DNA from: Mesotaenium endlicherianum
Lineage: Eukaryota
Assembly (NCBI GenBank): GCA_009602735.1
Contig: WELA01002336.1
Location: 326,268-383,562, forward strand
Length of the DNA: 57,295 nucleotides
Reading direction: 5' to 3'
Below are positions 1 to 10,684 of the stretch, piece by piece. Under the pieces are notes generated by a model that saw only the letters and a list, made by a program, of their open reading frames with translations, was not told the DNA's origin and did not search any database. Numbering within the stretch: the stretch's first letter is position 1; every line of letters begins with the position of its first letter. Position numbers and translations under genes: made by a program.

Positions 1-75
1 GGGGGAGGAGGAGTGGGGAGGGAAGAGGGGGGGGGGTAAGAGTGAACGGGCAAGGGCCCACCAACCTGCTTGCAG

Positions 76-170
76 GTGAGCACGAGGGGGATGAGGCACT
101 CCAGCTCGATGGCCTGCGCTGGACTATGCAATCATCACCTGCCATCACATGGCATTTGTCATCTTGCAGG
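76..170 (+). CDS. Putative exon A of a tyrosine-recombinase-like gene (5' part lies outside the window)
   Basis: Acceptor ctgcttgcag ends at 75 and donor gtaag starts at 171. Reads VSTRGMRHSSSMACAGLCNHHLPSHGICHLAG with a phase-2 end, resembling recombinase box II (R...LxG). Short and recognised by eye only. Confidence 0.35.
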
Positions 171-530
171 GTAAGAGAGAGAGAGAGCAAGTGAGAGAGA
201 GAGAAAGAGGGGGGGGGAGAGAGCGCAATAGCTTGACAGAAAGGAGAGAGGACATGAGCAGGAGCAAAAGAGCAAAAGAGGGCATGACAGACCCAAGGCA
301 GAACACAGCAGGACGGAAGGGAGACAAGCGTGGGGTAGCTCCGGGACAAAAGAAAGAGAAAGAGCATGCGAGGAAGTAATGGGAGGATGAGAAGATGAGT
401 CTCCAGGAGCAGAAGAAAGCAGGAGCGAGAAAGGGCATAACACACACATGTCCTTCTGTAATTCTTTTAAGCATGTCCAGTTCTACAAACAACTAAAGGG
501 ATTATAAAGCTCACCTCAAAAAAAAGTGGT

Positions 531-3380
531 TTACTCGCCACTGACAAACACGTTGAGTAGGCCACGCGGGTCACGTGTTGATGGAGGTATTGCACATAGC
601 TGGGAGTTTAAGGGACTTCCTGGCAGGTAGTTATTCAGGAGGAAGAACTTGTTGTCCCTCATATTGTGGCACGTCCTCTTGCCACTGTACTTGGGGCAAC
701 CAATGACTGTACAGCGGTGAACTGGTAGTCCATGGGCTTTACACTGCTCTGCCATCTCACAGCGATCGATATGTGCAGCAGCTACGACTGTGCCACTTGG
801 CGTGTGCCCAAACCAACAGAAGTGCTCTAGTTGAACAGAGCTATGGATAAGTCCCAGTGGGACTATGCGGGTACTGGTACCTAGTTTAACGAAAGGGCAC
901 TGAGTGTAATGCCTGTCTGGGTTCGAGATTGTGCGAGTGCCTGGCTGCATCTGAACAGGGTAGCATGTGATGACCGACCACACGTAGTATTCATCATCAT
1001 TCCCTTGGTGAACAAATATACTCGCTATCTTACCAATCCAGAGCTTCCTGGCATCTCTAGCATTCTGTAACTCACTAGCGTTCAAGGCAACAGCGATGAA
1101 GTCGCCTGTCTTGTACAGCCCCTTCCCACCCTTGCTGGTTGAACTACACTGAAAGCAAGTTAATTTGTCCAAGGTTACCCAGCCTCTCATCTGCATCAAA
1201 GTCTGATAGGCAACCAAAAGTGAGCCTTCCGATATTTTCAGATGCTCCAAAGTACAGCCGCTACATTCTTGTCCTCTCCAATAAGACCACCTGCATACAC
1301 AGCAGCAGCGGTTGAGTCACAGTTGGGAATATGCACACACATATTAACGCTGTCAATAAATGTATGCACCTTCGTCAAAAGGGCTTTGCTTGAGATACGT
1401 ACCCCTTAGGAATAGCTCCAATGAGTTTTCTCATCTTTGTTTGTTGCTTCTCCACCCAGAGGTACACTTCGTTAATTGATCCATGATTGGCCACACACTT
1501 CACTCCTCCAACAGTCTTGTCAGAATCACAATGAAGCAGATCTCTCGTGACCGTATCCACCTTTAGAAACTCCACGGCATTCACATGGATTTGAAGTAAG
1601 CCTGCAACTTCTACATCGGTACCAAAGATGCAACTAATAAGGTTCTCCCTAGCACAACTCTTATAGAGGGTCCACTTAGACACCTCATTAGCCACTCTAT
1701 TACTAGTGCGCTTAACATCAGCCTTAGCCCCCTTATGGCGCGCTTCAAACTCCTGAGACCACAGTAGTCTCAAGGGGCCAAACTGCTTAATGAAATGAAT
1801 AAGATGTAGCAAGCCATGTGTATTATTGTAAACTGCATTACCCTTTTTGTCATCCTTAGGCCATGCTCTGAAGAAACCTGACACAAAGATCTCCACAAGC
1901 TCACTAACTTTCTCCTGGTGAGCCTCATCAGTATACGGGCTGAGGACGGCACCTACCAACTCGCATAGCGCCACCAGTAGCAGATACACATCCACTCTCC
2001 TCTCTACGGTTTTCCTCATATGACTCGGATGCGCCTGACTGAGATATGCAGCATCACAGTAAGGCTGCAAAATGAATGGTAGGACAGAGCTAAGACGAAG
2101 GAGAACCATGCCATTCAAGTGCTTCCAATTGGTGGCTGGCTTATTGATAGCAGCGAAGCCTCGACAGTAGTTTAGCTCACTTGCTCGGATGTTTATCTCA
2201 CCTAGTTCCTGCTCAGAGAAGCCATGATGGTCAAAGATGAACTCAATGACATGCTTCAACACACCAAGGGGCACTAGGTGGAAGAGATCTGGGCCCATCC
2301 CCAAGAATGAATCAAAATACTGCAGACGATGAAAGGGCCCTTCTAACCCGTTGTACCCAAGAAGTCCCCTTTTAAGAAGGGCATCCCTGACAGAAGCATT
2401 TTCTGTCATCCGGACAGTCTTAACAAAGTCTTGCGCTCCTTCATCTAAGCGCGGAAGTGACGAGAAATCTATCCCCAAGTCATGAAAGCATGACTTAGGA
2501 TGGATGCAAACAGGGCAGGGGAACTTGCTGCCATTGCTCTTCAAACCTAGACTTTTCATACGCTGAACTAGGTCCTGAACGAATACAGGGGTAGCACGAA
2601 CCAACACCTCCTCACGAAGCGGATGAAAGTACATGACGACACCACTCTCCAACGGTAACAAATCCCGCTCAACCAGCTCACGAAATGCTTCATGTTGAGG
2701 AAACCGATGCGGAATGAACATGATATCATGCGTACACTGTGGCTTATAGACTACCGCAGCATCCAGAGACTGAATACGCCAATAAGTGCCACCTAAACTG
2801 TACATCTTAGTGCGCCACGCTCCGAAATCTTCCACAAAGATGGCAAGTACCAAATTCACTACTGTCATGCCCTCTGGCCTCTCAAAAGGTGGCTCTGGAC
2901 GCGGGGGGAATGCATCACCTGACAGCGGCTGCTCTAACCCTTCCTTGGATATGGAAGAATTGCACCGATACACAAGCTGTCCATCTATTAGGTGTGCCCT
3001 ATGAGTAAAGTCAAACATGGGACCAAGAGGGACCACGTAGCCAGCTGACACTTCAATCACCTTGCATATAGCCACGCAATCGCGTGCATCAACCCAGGCA
3101 ATCTCATTTGTGAGAAAGGCCTGACCTGCCTCGCCGCGAGGAAAGCCGTCAGCACGGTGAACAGAGATCCTCTTCACTTCCAGCATAGCGTGGGAGTCAG
3201 GCTTAGTGGTGTCCAAGCGCAAAATGCGCAACATCCTGCCCACACTGTTTGGATGACCATTTTCTACAAGAACAGACAAATAATTTAAGAAAAAGCGGAA
3301 GAGAGGGATGAAGGACCAGAAAGGTTTCGGATAGTGTGGAGAACATACAATATAATATAATAATGCAAGAAATAGCTCGG

Positions 3381-3445
<65 letters not shown>

Positions 3446-3446
3446 N

Positions 3447-3478
<32 letters not shown>

Positions 3479-3823
3479 TGCTTACGTGCGCGCACGCGCG
3501 TGCCCTCAAACACAACAGGAAAACGCATGCATGCACACATGCAGGGACATACACATGCGCGCGCGTGTGCACACACGCACGCACCCACTCCCACCCACTT
3601 CCACCCATCCACCCCCTTCCCCTTCCTTTACAGACATGCCAGGGGCGTTGCCGATTCCGGCAGCTGCTGGCGGAGGAGGCAAACAGCCATGAGGTTTTAA
3701 GCGATACAACGGCTGCAGAGAGATCACAAATAAACCTGGTGACAATGAAAGGTAACAAGGGACACACTAGAGCATACTCCCAGACATCCCAGCCTGAGGC
3801 TGAGCAATGCAGGTGGAGAGGGT

Positions 3824-3873
<50 letters not shown>

Positions 3874-6271
3874 AGAGAGAGAGGGAGGGAGAGAGAGACG
3901 GAGAAAGAGAGAAGGACAGAGATGGGGCGAGGGGGGGCAGGGAAGAAGGGAGAGAGCGAGAGGAGTGAGAGAGAAGGAGAGAGGCCGGAGAGGGGGGACA
4001 GGGAGGAAGAGAGGGATAGGAGATAAAGGCACACATAATGAAATCCCCAACACACCAACACCCAACATGCCAATGAAAGCACCGCAATGTAGCAAAGCAT
4101 AATAAAGGCAGAAATACATGGACAAGTGAGGAGTTGGAGATAAGTTGATATATCGTAAGGATGATTAGTGACCAACAAGTAATAGAACACGGTGGACATT
4201 TTACGAAGCCAAGCTAACGGAGAAAACATTGTACATAACTCAGAGGGGTACATGCGGGGTATAGGGGTCACTACCAGCAATACATGAATGCTAGAAGGGG
4301 ACTTAAGAAAGCGAGAAGGGACAAAGGAGTAGGAGACAGAGAGCACACAAAACAGACAAATGGATGATGAGGAATTGTGTGCGCTTTTAAGGAATCACAG
4401 GTAACAATTACGATGCAGAAGCTTCACACATGTGCAAGTATGAGACTAAGCAACTAATGGGAATTTTTAAAAAGGAGAAGGGGGGGGAGGCGAGGAGTCT
4501 CACCTTCCACACGCTTCTCCTGGAAGATGACGTTGTCACCAAGGCGCAACATTGTCTTCACGCCTAGTATTTCCTGCTCCACGTCGTACTGCCTAAAGAA
4601 CTTTCCCTCAGTTACAAACTTAGCATTGTAGCAACCAGTTACACGGCCATTTTGCATCCATTCCCCTGTCCAGTGGACATATTTGGACACCTCTGGATCA
4701 GCGAGGTCTTTGGCGAGGGTTGGAATGATAGGTCTGTATTGCAAAACCTCTCCACATTCTGATAGAATTTCTATGACACCGTGAGAGCCTAACTCCTTTT
4801 GCAAAGCTCTAAACACGTGGGGCTGGCTTGTAAGGTGGTCCGCATGATTATAACTGTTACATCCAAGGATCTGAAGCATGAACCCGTACTGAATGTCCGC
4901 GACAGTCGGGTACAGCATCCAGAGGATGAAGAGTGTGGCAAAAGTCCAATTCCGTAGCTTCCCATACACCATGGAGAGGTGTGCTGGAGCCATTCCGGAG
5001 GGCCACTCTGGAGTCGGAGCTACCTGGAGCAAGAAAGTTTGCTTGGTATCTGCACGTCGTACAGAAAATATGCTCCTGCTAGATGAGAAGGAAGTAGTTC
5101 TAAACAGCAATGATGCTGATTGCTCTCTGGCTTGTCCTAAAGGTTGAAGCAGAGAAGACCACGTACGGGGGGCAGTATGCCCATTCTCGTGCAAAGGAAA
5201 GGGAATCTGATTTCTGACTGAATTGGACAAAGAGACACTGGTGGTGCGACGCCGTCGCATGTTAAGCGTTCTTGGCACCAGAGTAGAACACATGCCCGAG
5301 TTGTGAAGTTGAGCCGACAGCACAAACCTTCTAAAGTTGAGGTCTGCTGCAGCAACATGCACTTCGACCTGCAAGGACAATGCGAGTATACTAGCGAAAA
5401 TTTGTTAGTTTGATAGATTACAACAACAAAGCAGATTTTAATGCATAGCTACATAACTGTGAAGTGTATAGTAATGGGACATCTGATTAGCAGACACCTG
5501 TGTAGCAGGCAAGTCATCGATGTCACTTTCTGCCACCACCTCTGCAAAGTGATGGTGGCCAGGGGCTGGATCCTGGAGGGCAACCGGAAGAGTAGCACCC
5601 TCTTCACCAGGTGTGCTTGAGGGGCTGTCACACAGTGGTTGACGGCAAGGCGGCTCAGTGAGACCACCTTCTCCAGGCTGCGTTACACAAGCCACAGGTA
5701 CACGCCTTTGCCGCTTGAAACCCGAGGAGCGATGAAGAAGGTCTTTAGTCTCGTCGACCTCAACCTGAGGGGGCTGATGAGAAGGAATCGTTTCATATTC
5801 AGGTAGAGTGTTTAGCCCATCTTCACTATCTGCAAGCATTCCAAAAGAGTGCACTGGAGGTGAAGTTGGTATTACAATGAAGACATATCCGCCATGGTTT
5901 TGAACGCTCATGGAAGTGGACAAGCATGCAGGCCTTTGTTATTGGGAATAGAGTGCAGAAACATGTTTTGTATGCATTAGCAGTGGACGTGACGTCAGTA
6001 TATGGCAGTTTTAATCTGGAGACCGACACTGATCTGTATCACTGAGGAGGTAACCTAGTTTGTGGTGCTCGTGCTGTAGATGATGCCTCAAGCGGGCTCG
6101 AAACACAAAAGCACCATGACATCCTAGAACACGGCAGCGCAGCTTTCCCACATGCATCGCCCTCACATGGCTCTCAACCCCTCTGCGTGAGTAAGGGTTC
6201 ACGCGCTCATTACATCTAGTGACACCATCTGCTAAGTATCTGCTACAAGAAAACTGGGTCTTAGGTTTCAT
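531..6271 (-). CDS. CMC-superfamily (Plavaka/Mirage/CACTA-related) DDE transposase with N-terminal C2H2 fingers and BAH-like segments, about 1344 aa
   Basis: Exons 6271-6055, 5829-5498, 5368-4504, 3263-1403 and 1290-531 have consistent GT-AG phases and give an open 4035-nt CDS. Motifs: two C2H2-like fingers in exon 1, IFVEDFGAWRTKMYSLGGTY, VQDLVQ, CPVC, PDLFH (DxxH), FEARH, and a C-terminal H-x-C...H...N.Y tail typical of this group. Confidence 0.82.
3381..3590. repeat. Compound (GA)n / (CA)n / (CG)-mixed microsatellite with a single N at 3446
   Basis: Directly visible. A further GA-rich tract spans about 3828-4023. Confidence 0.95.
3634..3751 (+). pseudogene. Putative exon B of the tyrosine-recombinase-like gene, frameshifted
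   Basis: Strong polypyrimidine acceptor (cccttccccttcctttacag, ends 3633) and donor gtaac at 3752. Joined to exon A it reads G-HARGVAD. A frameshift near 3657 leads into RQLLAEEANSHEVL. Confidence 0.35.
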
Positions 6272-7695
6272 AGTAACTATTTTGCATGCGATGGAACACG
6301 GTGACCGGAGCTATATGTAGGCTGAATTAGTCAGCAGCCCATATAATACTACAGAAGACTCACGCCAACGTACAGCGAGCAATTCCTTGCATGTGGTACT
6401 GCCATGGCGCTATGTTCCTAGACGTGAATTTGCTACGTAGTTGCTTATGCAGATATAAATGGGTGACCCCGGCCATTTTGTTCTACATCTAACATATACA
6501 AAGGAAGACGTATATGTGTGTATGTATAGCAAATTTGCATGCATGTGTATATAGTGCGTTAATTATTTGTGAGTATAAGTATAGCTAGCTGTTATGACAC
6601 TGGAAAAGGTTATGTGAACTCTTGCAGTCTGGATATTTTCAGGCGCGGAGATTCTTCCAGAACCTATTTCCAGGACTGCGAGATTTCCATTTGGCGTCAG
6701 GAATTGCCAGAAGGCATTCTTGGCGTGTATAGGACAACAGGACGGAGCGACCTTCCGGAGTCCGGACCATATCAGCGCGTTGAAAATTTTCGAACGGCAA
6801 ACATTTCTGACATTGAGCATTAATGGTTGAAAATTACAATTCGATTGTTGTCAAGCTTTTTCTGACTTCTTTACTAAACCAAAAATAAACCGTCAATAGA
6901 AGCGCCCGCCAGGCCACGCCATGCAGGGTCACTCCGGTTTCCAGGAATATTGGTATGAGGTTGTCCAATAAAATCACTTCCAATTTTGGCAGAGACGTCC
7001 CACCAATGCACATTATAAAGTCATATTATAATTAAGTATAGTATACACGTAGAATATGCATGAATGATCAAATAGAACATGCAATGGCTCCACCTGTTTC
7101 ATCTGTGGAGACACTCCGAATTGGGACCCCAGTTCTAGAAACTTCTGGCCCAGCACTCCAAAACATGATGAGCTCAAAAGCAGTTTGGAGGTTTGCAGGT
7201 TAGCAACTGCTGTTACAGGTATATGCAACTGCTTTTAAGTCAACTACTCGATATCGTTATTCTTGACATAGTACAAATCAGGTGTAAAGCATGCACTAAT
7301 TCTTACTTGCTTTACTATGAAGGTGTAGGTGGAAGTTGTACGAGCAGTCTCACGAGTTATAGGGGGTGGTCAGCGGTACCTTTGACCGATGCCTTCTCCT
7401 CACGTAATTTGACATTTGTGAGTGATTGTTTTCCATCAACCATCCACTTCTGCTATCTACAGGAGGCTTCTGTTGCCTAACATACTCTAGGTGCAGGAAA
7501 GGCAAGCTTAAATAGTACACAACTACACCAGGCCAGCACATTTATTGTCTGAACTTCACAGGGTGCTGCTCTCAGGCTCGTGGTTCATTCTGAGAAGGGC
7601 ACCCAACACGTTATACTTTCACGGCTCGTTTCTCCTAGCCTCCTGTGTCATCTGGGAAACAAGGGGCGGAAAAAGGGTGAGCGTGTTCTCACGGT

Positions 7696-9915
7696 ATGGC
7701 CACACTTCAAGCAGTTTCTCGTAAGAAGAAACGTCAATTCTCGACAGAGGAAGACAAAGAGCTGCGGGCTTATGCCAAGAAACACAATTTTGAGAAAGGC
7801 AAGTTGCCTTGGTACGACGACAAATCTTACAAGGGCTTTCCCCTGCTCAAGCTCAGATGCCATGGCAGCTGCCTGTCGCGCTGGAATAACTATCTGAAGC
7901 CAGATCTGGACCTGACCGACTTCAAACCTGAGGAAGACGAGGCTCTCCGGAAGCTTGTGCCCGCCTTTGTAGGCTGGACGAAGCGGTACAAAAAGGACGC
8001 GGTGGGCTGGGGACCGATGGCTTGTCTGCATTTCCCGGGCAGGACAGGGGACCACTTGAAGCATCGCTGGAACTATCTCAGACCTGGCCCGCTGCTGCTG
8101 CCAGATGGCGACACTGGGAGAGGCTCCCAGGGCGCTGGAGACGCTGGCGGCAGCGCCAGCTTGTACCGCTGGGACTTCCGTGCGGCGAGGACATGCACGA
8201 CGATTCCTACTCTGCTGGTTCTGCTGGCTCTCCAGAACAGCAGGAGGGGTCGCCTCACGAAGGCGCTATCCAGGAAGGGTACACTCGTTCTCCTTGTCCT
8301 GATCTGGAGTACGATGCTGCCTCGCCTCAGCTAGCGTCGCATTTGAGACCTCATGAATCAGGAAGCAACTACGGGAATGGGGAGACTGGCGATGATCAAA
8401 CTGGCCACGGCGGCGGCGGAGGAGGAGGAGGAGAAGGCAAAGGAGGTGGAGAAGCTGCTATAGCAGAGCAACGTGTTGGCAGAGGTGTCGGAGCGGAGGT
8501 GGACGACGTGGCGGGGACAGCTGGCGCAAGCAGCACTGGGCTGGCGCCACTTTTGGGCAGCGGGGGACGTAGAGCATCTGACTTCAACGTTGTTGACGCT
8601 CATGTGAACAAGCCTTTGCCTCCTTGGGGTGAAGATGTGGACGCTGATGCTAGCGCTGATCCGGTTGCTGATGTGGACATGGACAGTGATGACATGGAAG
8701 ATCACAATGCCATCCATGGCGGCGGTGACACGGATGTAGATGAGCTGCCTGACATGTGTCAGCAGGTTACGCGGCCAGCAAAGCACCTGAGGATAGAGGC
8801 TCTGAAGAGAGAGGTGGAGGCTCTGCGTGTCAGCAAGGAGCAGATGAGGCAGGCCTTGCTGGCAAAGCAGGAGAGCGCCATGCGGGCAGCGGCGGCCGCA
8901 GACGCCAAGTGTGCACAACTGGAAAAGGCTCTCAGGGAGAGGAGCGAGGTGGCAAAAAAGCCGGAGAGCAAGAGGGAGCGCGAGAGGGGCAGCCTGCAGA
9001 GGGTGCGGGAGGAGCTGAAGGAGGTGCAGGTGGCGCTGGGGAAAGAGATGCAGGAGGGAAAGGTGGTGAGGCAGGCCAAGGAGCAGCTGCTGGCCGAGAA
9101 GGCTCTCTTGGACAAGAAGGTGGCGTTTTTGATGAGCGAGCTCTGCCAGGTGAGAAACCGGGAGCGGGAGAGGGAGTTGGAGATGGAGAGAGAGAGGAAG
9201 GCAGAGGGGGAGTGGGAGAGGGAGAGGGAAAGAAAGAGGGAGAGGGAGAGGGAGAGGGAGAGGGAGAGATAGCGGGAAAGGGAGAGAGAGGTGAGGGAGA
9301 GGAAGAGGGAGGCGAGGGGAGAGGGAGAAGGAGGAGGATAGGGAGAGGGAGAGAGAGCATAATCAGAGGTTGGAGGAGGTCGCTGGGGGGCCGGGTGCGG
9401 GGGACAGCCAGAAGGAGCAGCTGCGTGCGGGAGCAGAGCGGGAGGCAGGGCTGAGGGAGGAGCTGGAGGGGATGAAAAGGGAGCTCCATACCCTCAGAGC
9501 CCATATGTCCCTTAAGCAGCAGCAGCAGCAGCAGGGGCAGCAGCAGCAGCAGGGGCAGCAGCAGCGGGGTCCAATGGGTTCTCGCAGGGCCTGGTGTTTT
9601 ACTTCCCCCTCCCTCGTACCTGGGACTGGCGTCACAAGCGTTGTCGTGAATGGCGGTGTCGTTGCAAATAGGGAGAACAGCGAGGAGCTGGATGAGGCGC
9701 TGCGGGAGGTGCAGCAGCTGACGCAACGGGTGGAGCAGCTGCGAGCGGATAATGTGCGCCTGATGGCGCCCATGCTCGCCAGCGACGCGCGAGAGAAGGA
9801 CCGGGCGCCCGCCGCCCGCCGGTACCAGAGCAGCAACCAGGCCAGCCTGGGCTGCGGCAGCTTTCAACGCGCGGGGCTGGATGATGTGGGATTGCGCAAG
9901 AAATTTTGGCGCTAG
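7696..9915 (+). pseudogene. Disrupted intronless gene: two Myb/SANT repeats, acidic linker, coiled coil and (RE)n/polyQ
   Basis: FSTEEDKELRAY...CLSRWNNYLKPDL followed by FKPEEDEALRKLV...FPGRTGDHLKHRWNYL is R2R3-Myb-like. A frame change near 8160 leads into ORF 8022-9272, there is an in-frame TAG at 9270-9272 inside the (RE)n repeat, and a second frame change near 9318 leads into ORF 9370-9915. Confidence 0.7.
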
Positions 9916-10029
9916 TGACTGAAAGCTGCCAATGAGCGGCAATCGCCAGTGACTGAGCATCGCCAGTGACTGAGACTTGCCAGTGATGGAGAAATGCCAG
10001 TGATTGAGAACTGCCTGTGGCTTTTAAGG
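9911..10029. repeat. 17-bp tandem minisatellite, about 7 units, core GCCAGTGA
   Basis: Units start at 9911, 9928, 9945, 9962, 9979, 9996 and 10013, an exact 17-bp period. Confidence 0.85.
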
Positions 10030-10589
10030 AGCGCCAGTGAAGTTCAGCGTAAAGAAAAGTGCGTGCTTGGTTGACAAAGTGGTGGTCAGTGCCACGGGGG
10101 CCCCTCAGAAGCAAGACCTTAATTGTGGATGGGCATCCATCCAGTGGTGAGCAGCAAGCATGGCCTCTGATGCGGAGGCAGCCAAAGGCGTATGGGAGGC
10201 GCAGGTGCAGGGTGTCGGGAACCGCCAGCATTCAGGGTGCTTTGAGTTTGCACAGGCCCGGTGGCGGCCTGATCGGTTTCTGGCTTTGCTCAACTTTCCT
10301 CGAGTGTGGGTGGCTGGAGCCTTGAGATGCGGCAGTGATGGCCCCATATGCTGCCAAGTGGAGCGTCTGGCGCAAGGCTTGGCAACTGCTGGGCTCATTT
10401 CTAGGGGTCTGGTCTTTGGACCGAGACTTGGGTTAGACGGCAGCTTGATTTGAAGGGAGGGACGTTGCAGCAGTAGCAATTGACTGGAGCAAAAGATATT
10501 ATCAATATGGGAGGGGCCCAACCACGAGTCCCTCTTGCCCCTCTGCTCTCCTGCCATCACCTTGGGGAGTCAAAGTGAGGAGCAGTAAG

Positions 10590-10684
10590 GGACAGACAGA
10601 CACAGACATACAGACCACTGACTGACAGACAGACAGACAGACGACAGACAGACAGACAGACGCAAAGTCAGACAGACAAGACAG
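10590..10684. repeat. Degenerate (GACA)n microsatellite
   Basis: Directly visible. Confidence 0.9.

Larger units (their letters stand above)
1..6556 (-). mobile_element. Large DNA transposon (CMC-like), probably extending beyond the left edge of the window
   Basis: Contains the transposase gene. A CACTA pentamer on the minus strand (tagtg, 6552-6556) lies about 280 bp upstream of the ATG and is only a candidate terminus; no partner TIR or TSD is visible. Confidence 0.45.

Noticed and set aside
1375..1377. Apparent premature stop in the transposase
   Set aside because: A strong in-phase donor (GG|gtacgt at 1402) splices it out.
3203..4346. Long ORFs of LSLSLS, ERERER and CVCVCV (also near 145-492, 8756-9960 and 24940-25647)
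   Set aside because: Translations of microsatellites or antisense shadows of real genes.
5826..6029. ORF with CLHC and His residues that looks like a third zinc finger of the transposase
   Set aside because: It lies in intron 1 (6054-5830). The flanking exons join in phase without it, and it ends in a stop.
7013..7540. AT-rich stretch with fragmentary ORFs (similar ones at 12000-12240 and 16400-16900)
   Set aside because: Probably old transposon debris, but I cannot name any motif.
9911..10029. CRISPR-like repeat/spacer appearance
   Set aside because: An 8-bp core and 9-bp tail are far too short, the context is eukaryotic, and there are no cas genes.
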